A stretch of 32,000 nt of DNA from Chlamydiota bacterium (lineage in GTDB: Bacteria > Auribacterota > JACPWU01): positions 1 to 32,000 of the forward strand of contig JACPWU010000020.1 in the NCBI GenBank assembly GCA_016196885.1, given 5' to 3'. The notes under the pieces were generated by a model. That model did no database searches and was not told where the DNA came from. It saw only the letters and a program-made list of their open reading frames with translations. Of this stretch, positions 1 through 8,947 are shown piece by piece. Position 1 is the stretch's first letter, and each line of letters opens with the position of its first letter. A program made the translations under genes and the position numbers.

Positions 1-273
1 CTGGATTTGTTGGCCAGGGGCGGATACGCTTTTCTTTCCTCTGTATAAGGATGTGACGATGTCTATTTGACCTGTGACTTCCATGGAGCCTAATGAAGGG
101 GAATACGGATTGGGGGTGGCACTTAGATTTTGGATTTGAAGAGAGGATCTTGTTAGATTGGCCTTTTTTTCGAGGGGTTTTCCCTGGACTTGAGAAGACA
201 GAAGGATGAACAAGAAAATAGAAAAAGGGAATGAGAGAGAATGAAATACGCCGGGATGATGGGGAAATTTCAT
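1..273 (-). CDS. Partial ORF (first 91 codons, runs off the left window edge): exported protein of unknown function
   Basis: Not in the ORF track because it has no stop in the window. ATG at 273 (complement) stays open in frame to position 1. GGGAG lies 7 nt upstream. The N-terminus MKFPHHPGVFHSLSFPFSIFLFILLSSQVQG resembles a signal peptide. Confidence 0.4.
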   Translation of the reverse strand, partial: MKFPHHPGVFHSLSFPFSIFLFILLSSQVQGKPLEKKANLTRSSLQIQNLSATPNPYSPSLGSMEVTGQIDIVTSLYRGKKSVSAPGQQIQ

Positions 274-342
274 GCAAAATCTCCCTTTTCAAACCTCTTC
301 TCCCGGCGCGGAAAAATAGGTTGAGGGTCTAGATTTTCCATA

Positions 343-372
343 AGGATAAATACTTTTGCTCGTGCTTGTCAA
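343..372 (-). promoter_or_regulatory. Candidate sigma70 promoter for the partial ORF at 1-273
   Basis: On the minus strand, TTGACA (372-367), an 18-nt spacer, then TATCCT (348-343), about 70 nt upstream of the ATG at 273. Confidence 0.35.
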
Positions 373-401
373 GAAAATCTTAAAGGGTTTTAAATAATTC
401 A

Positions 402-587
402 CTAACTCAAAAAATGTACCAAAAACGAAATCCCTACTGCACAAGCCGTAAAAACAAAGAAGGTTTTCAATCCTTCATAAATCACCCGCTTCGCCTCTCT
501 ACGATTTAAGGCCGCCCACACAAAAGAAACAACCCCGCAAAGATATAAAAACAGGACCCCATATTTAAGAAGAGCTGCGGATATCAT
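402..587 (-). CDS. Small (61 aa) two-helix membrane protein, last gene of the long minus-strand operon
   Basis: ORF with two hydrophobic segments. Its ATG overlaps the upstream stop as ATGA (584-587). Confidence 0.45.
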   Translation of the reverse strand: MISAALLKYGVLFLYLCGVVSFVWAALNRREAKRVIYEGLKTFFVFTACAVGISFLVHFLS

Positions 588-952
588 TTTCCCCCTCGAT
601 ATTCTCTAAACGTCTCTATTAAATTCAACAGCACCAAAAGATTTAAGGAGCCTGAAACCAAAATGAAGGTTGTTCCGACTTCATTAAACGAAAAGGAAAG
701 CATTTGTGTGATCTCGTGTCTTAAAGTCAGAAGAAAGGGAAGGCCGTTAAAAAATTTTACAACGTAGGCAAGAACTGTCAGAGGGTTCATCTCCTCCCAC
801 AAAATCCCGCCTCCAAGCCAAAGGCCGATGCCGTAAAGGGATAAAATAGAAAGAGAAAGAAAAAAACCCAAACCTTTTCTCCCTAAATAAAAATGACCCG
901 CTCCCGGAATTAGAAATCCTAAAAAGAACGCCAAGGGATAATGTTTTTTCAT
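584..952 (-). CDS. Small polytopic membrane protein (122 aa) with a PGAGHFYLGRKG motif; family uncertain (TM2/DUF-like)
   Basis: Three to four hydrophobic helices. The ATG at 952 directly abuts the TAA (953-955) of the sugar transferase gene. Confidence 0.55.
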   Translation of the reverse strand: MKKHYPLAFFLGFLIPGAGHFYLGRKGLGFFLSLSILSLYGIGLWLGGGILWEEMNPLTVLAYVVKFFNGLPFLLTLRHEITQMLSFSFNEVGTTFILVSGSLNLLVLLNLIETFREYRGGK

Positions 953-2353
953 TTAATACGCATTCTCTCTCGCAAAAAGGGTTCGAAAAATAATCTTGAG
1001 GTCTAAAAGAATAGACCAATTTTCCAAATAATAAAGATCATACTTAATTCTTTCAGAAATGGAAGTATTTCCTCGAAGCCCATTGACTTGAGCCCAACCT
1101 GTCATGCCGGACTTGATTTTATGACGAGACATGTACCGGGGAACACGATCCTTAAATTCATTCACAAAATGCGGCCTTTCAGGGCGAGGGCCCACGAGAC
1201 TCATCTCGCCTTTAAGCACATTCCATAATTGCGGCAATTCATCCAAATTATATTTTCTCAAAAATTTTCCAATTTTGGTTCTGCGGGGGTCTTCACGACT
1301 CGTCCACACAGGACCTGTTTTTTCTTCCGCATTTTCATGCATGGTCCTAAATTTAATCATCGTAAAAGTGCGACCATCCTCCCCCACCCTTTCCTGCTTA
1401 TAAAAAACAGGCCCTCGAGAACTTCTCTTGACGAGAATCGCCAGAAAAAGAAAGAAGGGGGAGATCAGCACAAATCCAAGGCCCGCTCCTAAAACATCCA
1501 TTGATTTTTTCAAAAAGCGATTTGTCGCTTTTTCCAAAGGAAAAGGTTTCAATCCCAAAAGCGTCACGCCATAAAAATTTTCTATCTCTACCTGACTCGT
1601 CAAAATTTCAAAGACATTGGGAATCATTCGGAAATAAATCATCTCTCTTTCACAAGCAAGAATGACTTCTACCACCTTTTTTTGCTCCAATTCCGGAACG
1701 GCGAGCACCACCTCATCTATTCTTTCCTTTGCCAACACCTCGGAAAGAACATCCAGTGTTCCCAAGAGAGGAATTTTAGAATCTAAAAAAGAAACTTTAG
1801 CAGACTCTGCCAGAACGCCTATGATTTCATAAAAATCTCTTGCCTTTTCAAGCCCTCTGACAATTTTCCCAGATAAATCATTCACCCCGATGACCAAGAC
1901 CCTTTTTTTAATTCCAAAGCGCTTATAAAGAAATTTCTGAAGCTCTCCCAAACATTTTCTCCCCAAAAGAACAGAAACGACGCATAGAAGCCAAGCCACA
2001 ACGACCAAAAGTCTTGAATAGGAAACATCGCGATAAACAAAGGTCAAAGACATCAGAACAAACATCCCAAAAGTTACAGACTTGATCATTTGAAAAGGAC
2101 GGATTCCAGAACCTAATTTTCGACGAACATACAAGCCTCTCGCTTTAAATATCCAAAGCATGACCAAAATAGCCACCGGGAAATTAGCTTGATAGGAAAG
2201 AAAAGCGGGAATCCCTCGTGTCACTTGCAGGAGCCCTGAATGAAATCGAACCCAGAAGGCAAGACAAAAAGTGAGATACAGGACAAGGGCGTCTGTTAAG
2301 AAGGAGGCAACGGTCATCCAAAAATCAATCATGCGCTGTTTTGCTTTAGGCAT
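953..2353 (-). CDS. Polyprenyl-phosphate sugar-phosphate transferase (WbaP/WcaJ-type initiating enzyme, bacterial sugar transferase family)
   Basis: 466 aa with N-terminal TM helices and a central nucleotide-binding-like domain. The C-terminal catalytic block has RPFPLEK..., KFRTM and DELPQLWNVLKGEMSLVGPRP. Confidence 0.9.
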   Translation of the reverse strand: MPKAKQRMIDFWMTVASFLTDALVLYLTFCLAFWVRFHSGLLQVTRGIPAFLSYQANFPVAILVMLWIFKARGLYVRRKLGSGIRPFQMIKSVTFGMFVLMSLTFVYRDVSYSRLLVVVAWLLCVVSVLLGRKCLGELQKFLYKRFGIKKRVLVIGVNDLSGKIVRGLEKARDFYEIIGVLAESAKVSFLDSKIPLLGTLDVLSEVLAKERIDEVVLAVPELEQKKVVEVILACEREMIYFRMIPNVFEILTSQVEIENFYGVTLLGLKPFPLEKATNRFLKKSMDVLGAGLGFVLISPFFLFLAILVKRSSRGPVFYKQERVGEDGRTFTMIKFRTMHENAEEKTGPVWTSREDPRRTKIGKFLRKYNLDELPQLWNVLKGEMSLVGPRPERPHFVNEFKDRVPRYMSRHKIKSGMTGWAQVNGLRGNTSISERIKYDLYYLENWSILLDLKIIFRTLFARENAY

Positions 2354-2362
2354 AGAGAGGAT

Positions 2363-3460
2363 TTATTCTAACAAATTTCGTTCCTTCAAGAATTTTTTAA
2401 AGTCTCTGAGAAAAACATCCTTCCCAAATCGAAGGGCATTCTGTCTGAGAATCTTTCTATCATAAGAGAAGCTTTTAAACTTTTCAAGCACTTGACTCAA
2501 ACTCTCTTTCGTCTGTTCGTCAAAAAAGAGCCCCGTCTCTCCCTCCCTTACAGTCTCAAGCGCCCCCCCTTTTCGAAATGCGATGACAGGGGTTCCGCAG
2601 GCCTGCGCCTCTAGGGGCGTAATCCCAAAGTCCTCCTCACCCGGGAAAATCAAGGCTTGGGCCTGGGCATAATATTGACGGAGCTCCTCATCCGATCGCC
2701 ATCCCAAAAATTCAATGTGATTCTTGGCCATCCTTTTGAGTCTGTCAAGTTCAGTCCCAGCCCCTATCACCTTCAGAGGGCAATTTCCTTCATTAAAAAC
2801 TTCGATGGCCAATTCTATTTTTTTATAAGGGACCAAGGCCGAGACAATTAAAAAATAATCTTGCCTCTCATCCTTTTCGCGATAACAGAATTTCTCTCCA
2901 TCTACCGGCGGGTAAATCACAACCGCTTCTCTCTTATAAAAACGCTGAATCCTCTCGGCCACATGATTTGAAATTGCAATAAAATAATTTACATTCTGAA
3001 CTGTTTTTAAATCCCAGCGCCGAAGGAGATTCATGACGAGATTTAAACCCAGACGCTTCAGTCCGTGATACGGCCCCTTGCCAAAATATTCTTCATAAAA
3101 ACCCCACAAATATCTCATCGGCGTCAAACAATACGAGACATGCCTCGCTCCTCTTGGAAGGCGAACGCCCTTGGCCGCACAATGGCTGACACTGATCACC
3201 AAAGAAGGATGACCCAAGGAAAGACTCCGAATGGCCCAAGGGAAAAGGGGCAGATAATACCTGTATTTCAAGCGCCAGGCAGGTAACTTCTGAATCCATG
3301 AAGTTCGAATCTGCGACTTTTTAATCTTTTCAGAAATTTTTTCTGGCTCACACAATAGTGTGAAGATGGGAGCCTGCGGGAAAATATCCAACAAAGATTC
3401 TAGACATTTTTCCCCTCCCCTCATTCCGTTCAACCAATCATGAACAAAGGCAACGCTCAT
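2363..3460 (-). CDS. Glycosyltransferase, GT4 (GT-B, Glycos_transf_1) family
   Basis: The probable start is the ATG at 3460 (MSVAFVHDWLNGMRGGEKC), which forms an ATGA overlap with the upstream stop. The ORF-track start at 3514 would overlap the upstream gene by 58 nt. The C-terminal half carries an EDFGITPLEA-type GT4 motif. Confidence 0.85.
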   Translation of the reverse strand: MSVAFVHDWLNGMRGGEKCLESLLDIFPQAPIFTLLCEPEKISEKIKKSQIRTSWIQKLPAWRLKYRYYLPLFPWAIRSLSLGHPSLVISVSHCAAKGVRLPRGARHVSYCLTPMRYLWGFYEEYFGKGPYHGLKRLGLNLVMNLLRRWDLKTVQNVNYFIAISNHVAERIQRFYKREAVVIYPPVDGEKFCYREKDERQDYFLIVSALVPYKKIELAIEVFNEGNCPLKVIGAGTELDRLKRMAKNHIEFLGWRSDEELRQYYAQAQALIFPGEEDFGITPLEAQACGTPVIAFRKGGALETVREGETGLFFDEQTKESLSQVLEKFKSFSYDRKILRQNALRFGKDVFLRDFKKFLKERNLLE

Positions 3461-4593
3461 TTTTTGACAAGCTCCTCGTAAGTTTTGATAAGCCCCTGAG
3501 CCGCCGTCTCCCATGAAAATTTTTTCAATTGAGCATAACCTTTTTTGATCATCTCTTTTCTCATCTCTTCATTCTTTAAAACATGCTCGAGCGTTTCCAC
3601 CCATTTTCCAGAATCTTGAGGATCTAAAAGAATTCCAGCCTCTCCTGCCACCTCCGGCAAAGAAGCCCTATTCGAAACAACTGCAGGAACACCCGCGCTA
3701 AAAGCCTCTAGCACAGGAAGACCAAAACCCTCATAAAGAGAGGGCATCACGAAGAGATCGGCCAACTGATACAATCCGACCAATTCAGCTTGAGAAAGAA
3801 AGTCTGTTAGAATCACTTTTTTCTCCAGGCCCAGTTCTTGAATCAGAGAAAAAAGCTCTGGATACCTTTCATCACAAGGACCGGCCAAAACAAGCGATGC
3901 GTGGGGCAACTTTGTCAAAAGACGATGAAAAATTTTAACCAGGCCCATTAAATTTTTATAAGGATCCTGACGCCCCACACAAAGAATCATGGGGTGCGTT
4001 AGATTCAATTTCTTCTCGACATCCGAAGAAGGCTCTGATTTTTCAAAAGAAGGGTCAATGCCAAATTTCAAAACGCTTGTTTTCTGAAGGGTGTTTGGAA
4101 AATGGCTTACAAGATCCTGATAAGAATGTTCCGAGTCTACAAAGACATGATGAACCCTTTTCACAATCCAAAACATGAGAAGGCGATAAAGCTTATAAAA
4201 CCGGCTTTTCTTGGAACGCGGAGCAAAATGAGGAAAAAGAAACGGTATCAAATCGTGAAGGGTGACCCCCAGCCGGGTGCCAAAAGTAAAAAGTGGAATC
4301 ATAAAATTTGGGGAATGAAAAATATCAATTTTGAGTTTTTTTAAATGGAGGGGTAAAAAAATTTGACTCGAGAGAGAAAAAACACCATGAGGGAAAAGAA
4401 CGAGATGAAAAAAGGGGTCCTGAAAAATTTCTAAAATCTCGCAAGTCTCTTTCATGATTTTTTTATTTGAAAAAAATAAAAAATATTCGTCGGTTTTATT
4501 TTCCTTCATCAAAAATCGAATCATATTGATCGTATATTGACCAATCCCAGAAGGCTTTTCAATGATCCACCGAGCGTCTATTGCGATCTTCAT
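3457..4593 (-). CDS. Glycosyltransferase, GT4 family
   Basis: 378 aa starting MKIAIDARW...GIGQYT, with the YEGFGLPVLEAFSAGVPAV motif. ATGA overlap at 4590-4593. Confidence 0.85.
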   Translation of the reverse strand: MKIAIDARWIIEKPSGIGQYTINMIRFLMKENKTDEYFLFFSNKKIMKETCEILEIFQDPFFHLVLFPHGVFSLSSQIFLPLHLKKLKIDIFHSPNFMIPLFTFGTRLGVTLHDLIPFLFPHFAPRSKKSRFYKLYRLLMFWIVKRVHHVFVDSEHSYQDLVSHFPNTLQKTSVLKFGIDPSFEKSEPSSDVEKKLNLTHPMILCVGRQDPYKNLMGLVKIFHRLLTKLPHASLVLAGPCDERYPELFSLIQELGLEKKVILTDFLSQAELVGLYQLADLFVMPSLYEGFGLPVLEAFSAGVPAVVSNRASLPEVAGEAGILLDPQDSGKWVETLEHVLKNEEMRKEMIKKGYAQLKKFSWETAAQGLIKTYEELVKK

Positions 4594-5690
4594 TTAAAAC
4601 AGCTCTCGTAAACTTCTAATGTTTGACGCGCAGACTTTTCCCAATCAAATTTTTTAACCTGCTCGAGACCCTTTTGAATAAAGTCTTTTCTCAAACCCTG
4701 ATCCCGAGCCATCTTTTCCAACCCCGAAGCCAATTCCTCGGTATCCTCAGGATTTTCAATCCACAAGGCCGCATCCCCTAACACCTCTGGTAAAGAGGCC
4801 TTGCGAGAAGCAATGACAGGGATGCCAGAGGCCATGGCCTCCAAAGGGGGTAGGCCGAAACCCTCATAAAAAGAGGGGTACACAAACATCATCGAACTTT
4901 GATAAAGCTGGATCAACTCATCCTCAGAGACATAATCCAAAACTTGTATCCGATCCCGATACCGATGACGCTGAAGCGCCTTAAAAAAGCCCTCGCAAAG
5001 CCACCCCCTCATGCCTGCAATGACGAGGCGATAATCTCGCAATAAAGTTTTATCTAAAAAAATTTCAAAGGCCTTTAAAAGTCCCTCCAAATTCTTCCGA
5101 GGCTCCAGGGTTCCCACAAATAAAATTTGTCTTTCAGGCGTTTTTTTGACCGACACAAAATGACTCGCCAGGCCCAGATGAATGACATGAATTCTCTTCT
5201 CGTCTATTTTAAAAAGATCTAAAAGCTCCTGCTTGGTAAAAAGTGAATCCGCAATGATTTGATCTGCCACTTCTAACGTTCTTTTAAAAGAAGTCGTTAA
5301 ATATTTCAGATTTTTAGACTCCGTATATTGAGGATATCTAAAAAAGGAAACATCGTGAAGGGTCACAACTTTTTTGCCCCTTCGAAGGGGTTGAATCACA
5401 AAATTTGGAAAATGATAAACGTCACCTTCCCCAAAGAAAAAATCATAGGGAGGCCACTGGATTTTCTTCCAAATCTGTTGAATAAAACGTCCCGGGAGAG
5501 GACAGGCCACTTTTTGGAAATTCGCTCCCAAAGAAGGAACTTTTGAACCGCGTTTCTTAAAATCAAAAAATGAAAGGCGGTAATCATTTTTCGCGTCTAC
5601 TTTTGAAAGGCCATGAATCAGCCCCCAAATGTAATAGCCGACACCCGACTTGGCCCCCAAAAGCGGTTGAACGTCAATCGTGATTTTCAT
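4590..5690 (-). CDS. Glycosyltransferase, GT4 family
   Basis: 366 aa with the [19 protein letters not shown] motif. ATGA overlap with the upstream GspM-like gene at 5687-5690. Confidence 0.85.
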   Translation of the reverse strand: MKITIDVQPLLGAKSGVGYYIWGLIHGLSKVDAKNDYRLSFFDFKKRGSKVPSLGANFQKVACPLPGRFIQQIWKKIQWPPYDFFFGEGDVYHFPNFVIQPLRRGKKVVTLHDVSFFRYPQYTESKNLKYLTTSFKRTLEVADQIIADSLFTKQELLDLFKIDEKRIHVIHLGLASHFVSVKKTPERQILFVGTLEPRKNLEGLLKAFEIFLDKTLLRDYRLVIAGMRGWLCEGFFKALQRHRYRDRIQVLDYVSEDELIQLYQSSMMFVYPSFYEGFGLPPLEAMASGIPVIASRKASLPEVLGDAALWIENPEDTEELASGLEKMARDQGLRKDFIQKGLEQVKKFDWEKSARQTLEVYESCFK

Positions 5691-6109
5691 GAGGTTACAA
5701 GGCTCAAAGACAAGGTAAGCGTTCCGGATAAACCTCCGGGTGTGATGGAAACACTTTTAAGTCGAAAGGTATTCAATTGATCAAGCTCTTTCAAAAAGGT
5801 CAGCATCTCATTCTGAGTGATGTTTTGAAGAAGGAGCTCTGCCTCTCCAGGAAGAGGTTTTAAATACGAAATTTTTTCTTTCAAAGAAAGCCGATTCATG
5901 ACTTCACTTAAATCTTTCAAGACAGAACTTGAAGAACCTTTCATTTTTTGTTCCATTCTCTCCTTTAAATGCAACCATTCTGAATATTCTCTCTCGAGCT
6001 CTCTATTCTCAGACTGAAGGACATGAAGAGAGCGAAAGGTGAAGAAGAGCCCAAGGACTAAACCTGAAAGGACGATAAAAATAACAGAGAAAACTATTTT
6101 TCTTTTCAT
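5687..6109 (-). CDS. GspM/PilO-like bitopic inner-membrane protein (assignment by topology and context)
   Basis: 140 aa with one N-terminal TM helix (IVFSVIFIVLSGLVLGLFF), a coiled-coil stretch and a small C-terminal domain. It sits directly after the GspL-like gene with an ATGA overlap (6106-6109). Confidence 0.5.
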   Translation of the reverse strand: MKRKIVFSVIFIVLSGLVLGLFFTFRSLHVLQSENRELEREYSEWLHLKERMEQKMKGSSSSVLKDLSEVMNRLSLKEKISYLKPLPGEAELLLQNITQNEMLTFLKELDQLNTFRLKSVSITPGGLSGTLTLSLSLVTS

Positions 6110-7416
6110 ACATCCACCGTGATGCTAAAAAACCATTTTCCTTCTTCCCCCGAGCGATCAATACCGATCAAACGAATTTTATCCCCCTTTTCTTTTTTAA
6201 GATCTTCTACCCATTGTTGAATCCGTTCGACAGAAGAGCCTACGCCTTCTAACTTTAAAGAATCTTGTTCCAAAAAAATCTTTCCTATTTCAATATCCGT
6301 GGACTTAAAACGATAAAGAGAAGAGAGTGCCTTCAAAAATAAAGAGGGTGTCACTTTAGGCAAAACACCCGCGCTGCCTAATTTTTCTTTCAATTGTTCT
6401 AGGGGATTGAGCAGAGGGGTATCTGGAGGAAAAATTTGATGGAATTCCTTTTCCATTTGGATTTCGAGAAAATCCTTTTCTTTGTGTTTTTGATATAGAC
6501 CCACAGATCCTAAAAATTCTGCACAGAACATGCTCAAAAAAAGGAGGAGCGCTGAACGTGTCAAAGATTTTTTAATCAAATTGTTCTTCCAAAGCGTTTT
6601 TGTAACTGATTCGCAAACAACCGCTGGATTGAGGAGGCCTTGACTAAAAGCAACCGCCGTTGCAACCAGAAAGAGTTCGTCCTGCATTCCTTGAATCGGT
6701 TTGGGCAATAGATCACCCTTAAGATGAATCCAGGGATAAGCTCGCCGATCTAGAGAGCGACGGGTTTCTTCATCCACCCAGGAAAAGAATTTTTGAAGGC
6801 CGAGATCCTGTTGAAAAGTTTGTTCTAAAAAAGACGGGAGGCTCTCAAAATGAGATGAGCGAAACACCCTCAAGCCCAACATCTTTCCATTCTTCCCCCA
6901 AAGCAATTGAAAATTTTCATCACCCTTTAGCAAAATCACGCATGTTTCCCCCTGAGGAAATTTAAAAATAAAGGAAAGCCCTTGAAACAAGGCCCCCGGA
7001 TCCATTTGTAAAATCGCGCGATCCCCCTTATTTTTGAATGGAAGCTTTTCTCTGGGGAGCAAAAATTGAAGATAGGAATCGCTTGTTCCCTTTTTCCCCA
7101 CGGGTAAGCTATAAACTTCACAATCCTCCTCACGGCTTGGAATCGCCATTTCAGAAGCTGTGCTTAAAATTTGATCCTTCACTTTTTTCGAAATGTTGCA
7201 AGGAGGCATGGTTTCGTACAAATAAGAATTCTCCAAAGGGAAAGGGATACAGAGAAGAGAAAATTTCTTCTGTAATCTCTCCAGGGAATTTTCCTCGAGG
7301 CGCTCCTTGGAAAGCTCGGCTTGTTCAATTCCCTCATCCTTGAGAGAGAGATGTAAAAGGTGATACTGATTGTCTTTTAGGAATTGAATGGCTGTTATTT
7401 TCATTGTTCTACCCAT
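6106..7416 (-). CDS. GspL-like (or PilM-PilN-fusion-like) assembly protein
   Basis: About 290 aa of cytoplasmic domain, a single TM helix (ALLLFLSMFCAEFLGSVGLY) and about 120 aa of periplasmic domain, which is the GspL topology. An alternative start at 7404 gives an ATGA overlap with the gspK stop. Confidence 0.5.
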   Translation of the reverse strand: MGRTMKITAIQFLKDNQYHLLHLSLKDEGIEQAELSKERLEENSLERLQKKFSLLCIPFPLENSYLYETMPPCNISKKVKDQILSTASEMAIPSREEDCEVYSLPVGKKGTSDSYLQFLLPREKLPFKNKGDRAILQMDPGALFQGLSFIFKFPQGETCVILLKGDENFQLLWGKNGKMLGLRVFRSSHFESLPSFLEQTFQQDLGLQKFFSWVDEETRRSLDRRAYPWIHLKGDLLPKPIQGMQDELFLVATAVAFSQGLLNPAVVCESVTKTLWKNNLIKKSLTRSALLLFLSMFCAEFLGSVGLYQKHKEKDFLEIQMEKEFHQIFPPDTPLLNPLEQLKEKLGSAGVLPKVTPSLFLKALSSLYRFKSTDIEIGKIFLEQDSLKLEGVGSSVERIQQWVEDLKKEKGDKIRLIGIDRSGEEGKWFFSITVDV

Positions 7417-8198
7417 TCTCGGATCTTCATTTCTCCAAGAGATCTTTCTACCATCACGCTGAGTCTGGCTTTACCTTCCGACAAATCCCGGATGATCACA
7501 TGAAAAGAGGTGCTTCTCACAGCCAAGAAACTCGAAACATCACGGGACAGGCTTCGAATCTCTTCCTCGGAAAGAGGCCTTTTTTGCCTTCGAGAAAGAA
7601 TCTCTTTTACCAGAAAGGGCTCCCCCTCTTCCAGCAAAACCTCTAAAACCTCTTTCGGGGCTGTATTCACATTGACGCGACCCTCCGAGTGAACCGTCAG
7701 ATAACGCGCAAGATTCAAATGCGATTCTTTTTGAGCTCGCTCTAAAATGGGGATCTGATTCAACGTTTGAAAAGGACCCTTTGATTTGACAAATTCAAGA
7801 ATCCCTTGTCTAAGGAATGGAGAAAGATGGAGTTTCTCAAACAACTTTTCAATCCATTTTTGATATTGCCCTCTCAAGGTCTCATCGGAACTCACCAGTT
7901 GATTAAGATTCAGTTTGCCCGATTCATCTTCAAGCTGGAACTCAAAAGGCAAGTTTTTTCCCAAAGCCTGGAGGCGCGTCCAGTCCGCATTCTTCTCACC
8001 CTCTCTTGCTACCTCATCTATGATTTGACAAACGCAGGACCGAGCCTCTATTTTCTTACGATTTTCCTCCATTTCTCCATGAACCTTCATGCGGTATTGA
8101 TTCACCCTCCCCGCGAAGAAAACCAAAAACGACACAAGAATAAATAGACTCAAAACGCATTGAATTAAAATAAACCCTTCTTTTCTTTTCATATCCAT
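7401..8198 (-). CDS. gspK: Type II secretion minor pseudopilin GspK
   Basis: N-terminal hydrophobic helix (EGFILIQCVLSLFILVSF). GspK hallmarks EDESGKLNLNQL and GRVNVNTAPKEVLEVL are present. I chose the ATG at 8198 (or 8192). The ORF-track start at 8258 is a TTG inside a repeat region. Confidence 0.8.
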   Translation of the reverse strand: MDMKRKEGFILIQCVLSLFILVSFLVFFAGRVNQYRMKVHGEMEENRKKIEARSCVCQIIDEVAREGEKNADWTRLQALGKNLPFEFQLEDESGKLNLNQLVSSDETLRGQYQKWIEKLFEKLHLSPFLRQGILEFVKSKGPFQTLNQIPILERAQKESHLNLARYLTVHSEGRVNVNTAPKEVLEVLLEEGEPFLVKEILSRRQKRPLSEEEIRSLSRDVSSFLAVRSTSFHVIIRDLSEGKARLSVMVERSLGEMKIREWVEQ

Positions 8199-8204
8199 CC
8201 CGCA

Positions 8205-8370
8205 TTTCTCATCACATTTCTGCTGCTCTTCTCCGATTCCGCCTCGTCTGCTTCGCAAGAAAGGTCGGCCACGCTCAACATACTGTAAAGTATGCCTCGC
8301 GTGGCCTCAGTCGTCTTCCTCGCATTCAAAGCGGACTCGGGCGTTCCTCGCGACGAAATCTGATGAGAAA
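8205..8370. repeat. About 166-nt nested imperfect palindrome inside the gspJ-gspK spacer
   Basis: Outer arms are TTTCTCATCACATTTC (8205-8220) and GAAATCTGATGAGAAA (8355-8370), matching 15/16. Inner arms are GGCCACGC (8267-8274) and GCGTGGCC (8299-8306). The apical hairpin is CATACT-gtaa-AGTATG (8279-8294). Confidence 0.75.
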
Positions 8371-8411
8371 CGGCCATGACTGTCCGTCACAAAGGGGGAT
8401 GAAAATCACCC

Positions 8412-8460
8412 TTGTAGTCGCCCCATTTATGGGGCTGCCCGATGAATCGGGCGACTACAA
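8412..8460. repeat. Three-way-junction palindromic element, copy 1 (core only)
   Basis: TTGTAGTCG / CGACTACAA forms the outer stem. It encloses two 5-bp hairpins, CCCCA-TTTA-TGGGG and CCCGA-TGAA-TCGGG. The same core occurs at 18527-18596 and 20653-20711. Confidence 0.8.
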
Positions 8461-8488
8461 GTCATCATAACTTATTGTATAAGAATAA

Positions 8489-8947
8489 CTAAAGACTATT
8501 TTCAGATGAAATGCTCCATCGAATGGCCTGGGGTTTCTCACCTTCATGGCATTCCTCAACCCATTGATCCTGAATCCAAAAAGACCAGTCTGACTCCTCA
8601 AGATGGTTAAGGAGAATTTTTTTACCGGGGGAAAGCGTGTCCAAAAGATAAAGCGATCCCCGTTCATAAGCATACTTTGTCTTTCCTGAAGCCTTTTGGA
8701 AAACAAGGTTTTTTGAGTCTCCTTCAAAAGGCTCTAGAGGAAAGGCGATCTCTCTTTCCAATATTTGGACAACATTTCTAAGACCCTCCGATGGATCTTG
8801 AGTCAAAACTTCCTTGAGAGAAAGCCGCATTTTCAAAAGCAAGGTGGAGGCCGCTCCCCACACCAAAAGAATCATGCACAAAGCTACCATGATTTCGAGC
8901 AGGGTAAAGCCAGATAAGTTTTTATTTCTTATTTTGAGAAGGTGCAT
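8489..8947 (-). CDS. Minor pseudopilin (GspJ-like), prepilin-type N-terminal domain
   Basis: Has the SGFTLLEIMVALCMILLV prepilin cleavage/methylation motif. The ATG at 8947 leaves a 13-residue leader. Confidence 0.65.
   Translation of the reverse strand: MHLLKIRNKNLSGFTLLEIMVALCMILLVWGAASTLLLKMRLSLKEVLTQDPSEGLRNVVQILEREIAFPLEPFEGDSKNLVFQKASGKTKYAYERGSLYLLDTLSPGKKILLNHLEESDWSFWIQDQWVEECHEGEKPQAIRWSISSENSL

Noticed and set aside
34-43. CAGAGGAAAG on the minus strand, reminiscent of the RNase P RNA GAGGAAAG box.
   Set aside because: There is no following GUCC/GGGC context or other P RNA conserved regions. The segment is in frame within the partial ORF at 1-273.
3303-3311. GTTCGAATC, a tRNA T-loop-like string.
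   Set aside because: The flanks do not form a T-stem or acceptor stem, and it lies inside a glycosyltransferase coding region. No tRNA-like cloverleaf could be built anywhere in the window.
2363-3514. Longest-ORF start (ATG at 3514) for the third glycosyltransferase.
   Set aside because: It would overlap the upstream GT gene by 58 nt. The internal ATG at 3460 gives the canonical GT N-terminus (MSVAFVHDW...) and the same ATGA coupling seen at the other junctions.
8360-8371. CTGATGAGAAAC resembles the hammerhead ribozyme core (CUGAUGA ... GAAA).
   Set aside because: The GAAAC follows the CUGAUGAG directly, with no room for stem II. No stem I/III or cleavage-site arrangement could be drawn on either strand. 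The motif is simply one arm of the 8205-8370 palindrome.
8189-8377. 62-aa ORF (minus strand) in the gspJ-gspK spacer.
   Set aside because: It lies entirely within palindromic and repeat sequence, has no Shine-Dalgarno and overlaps the gspK start. Its low-complexity translation is typical of a repeat read-through rather than a gene.
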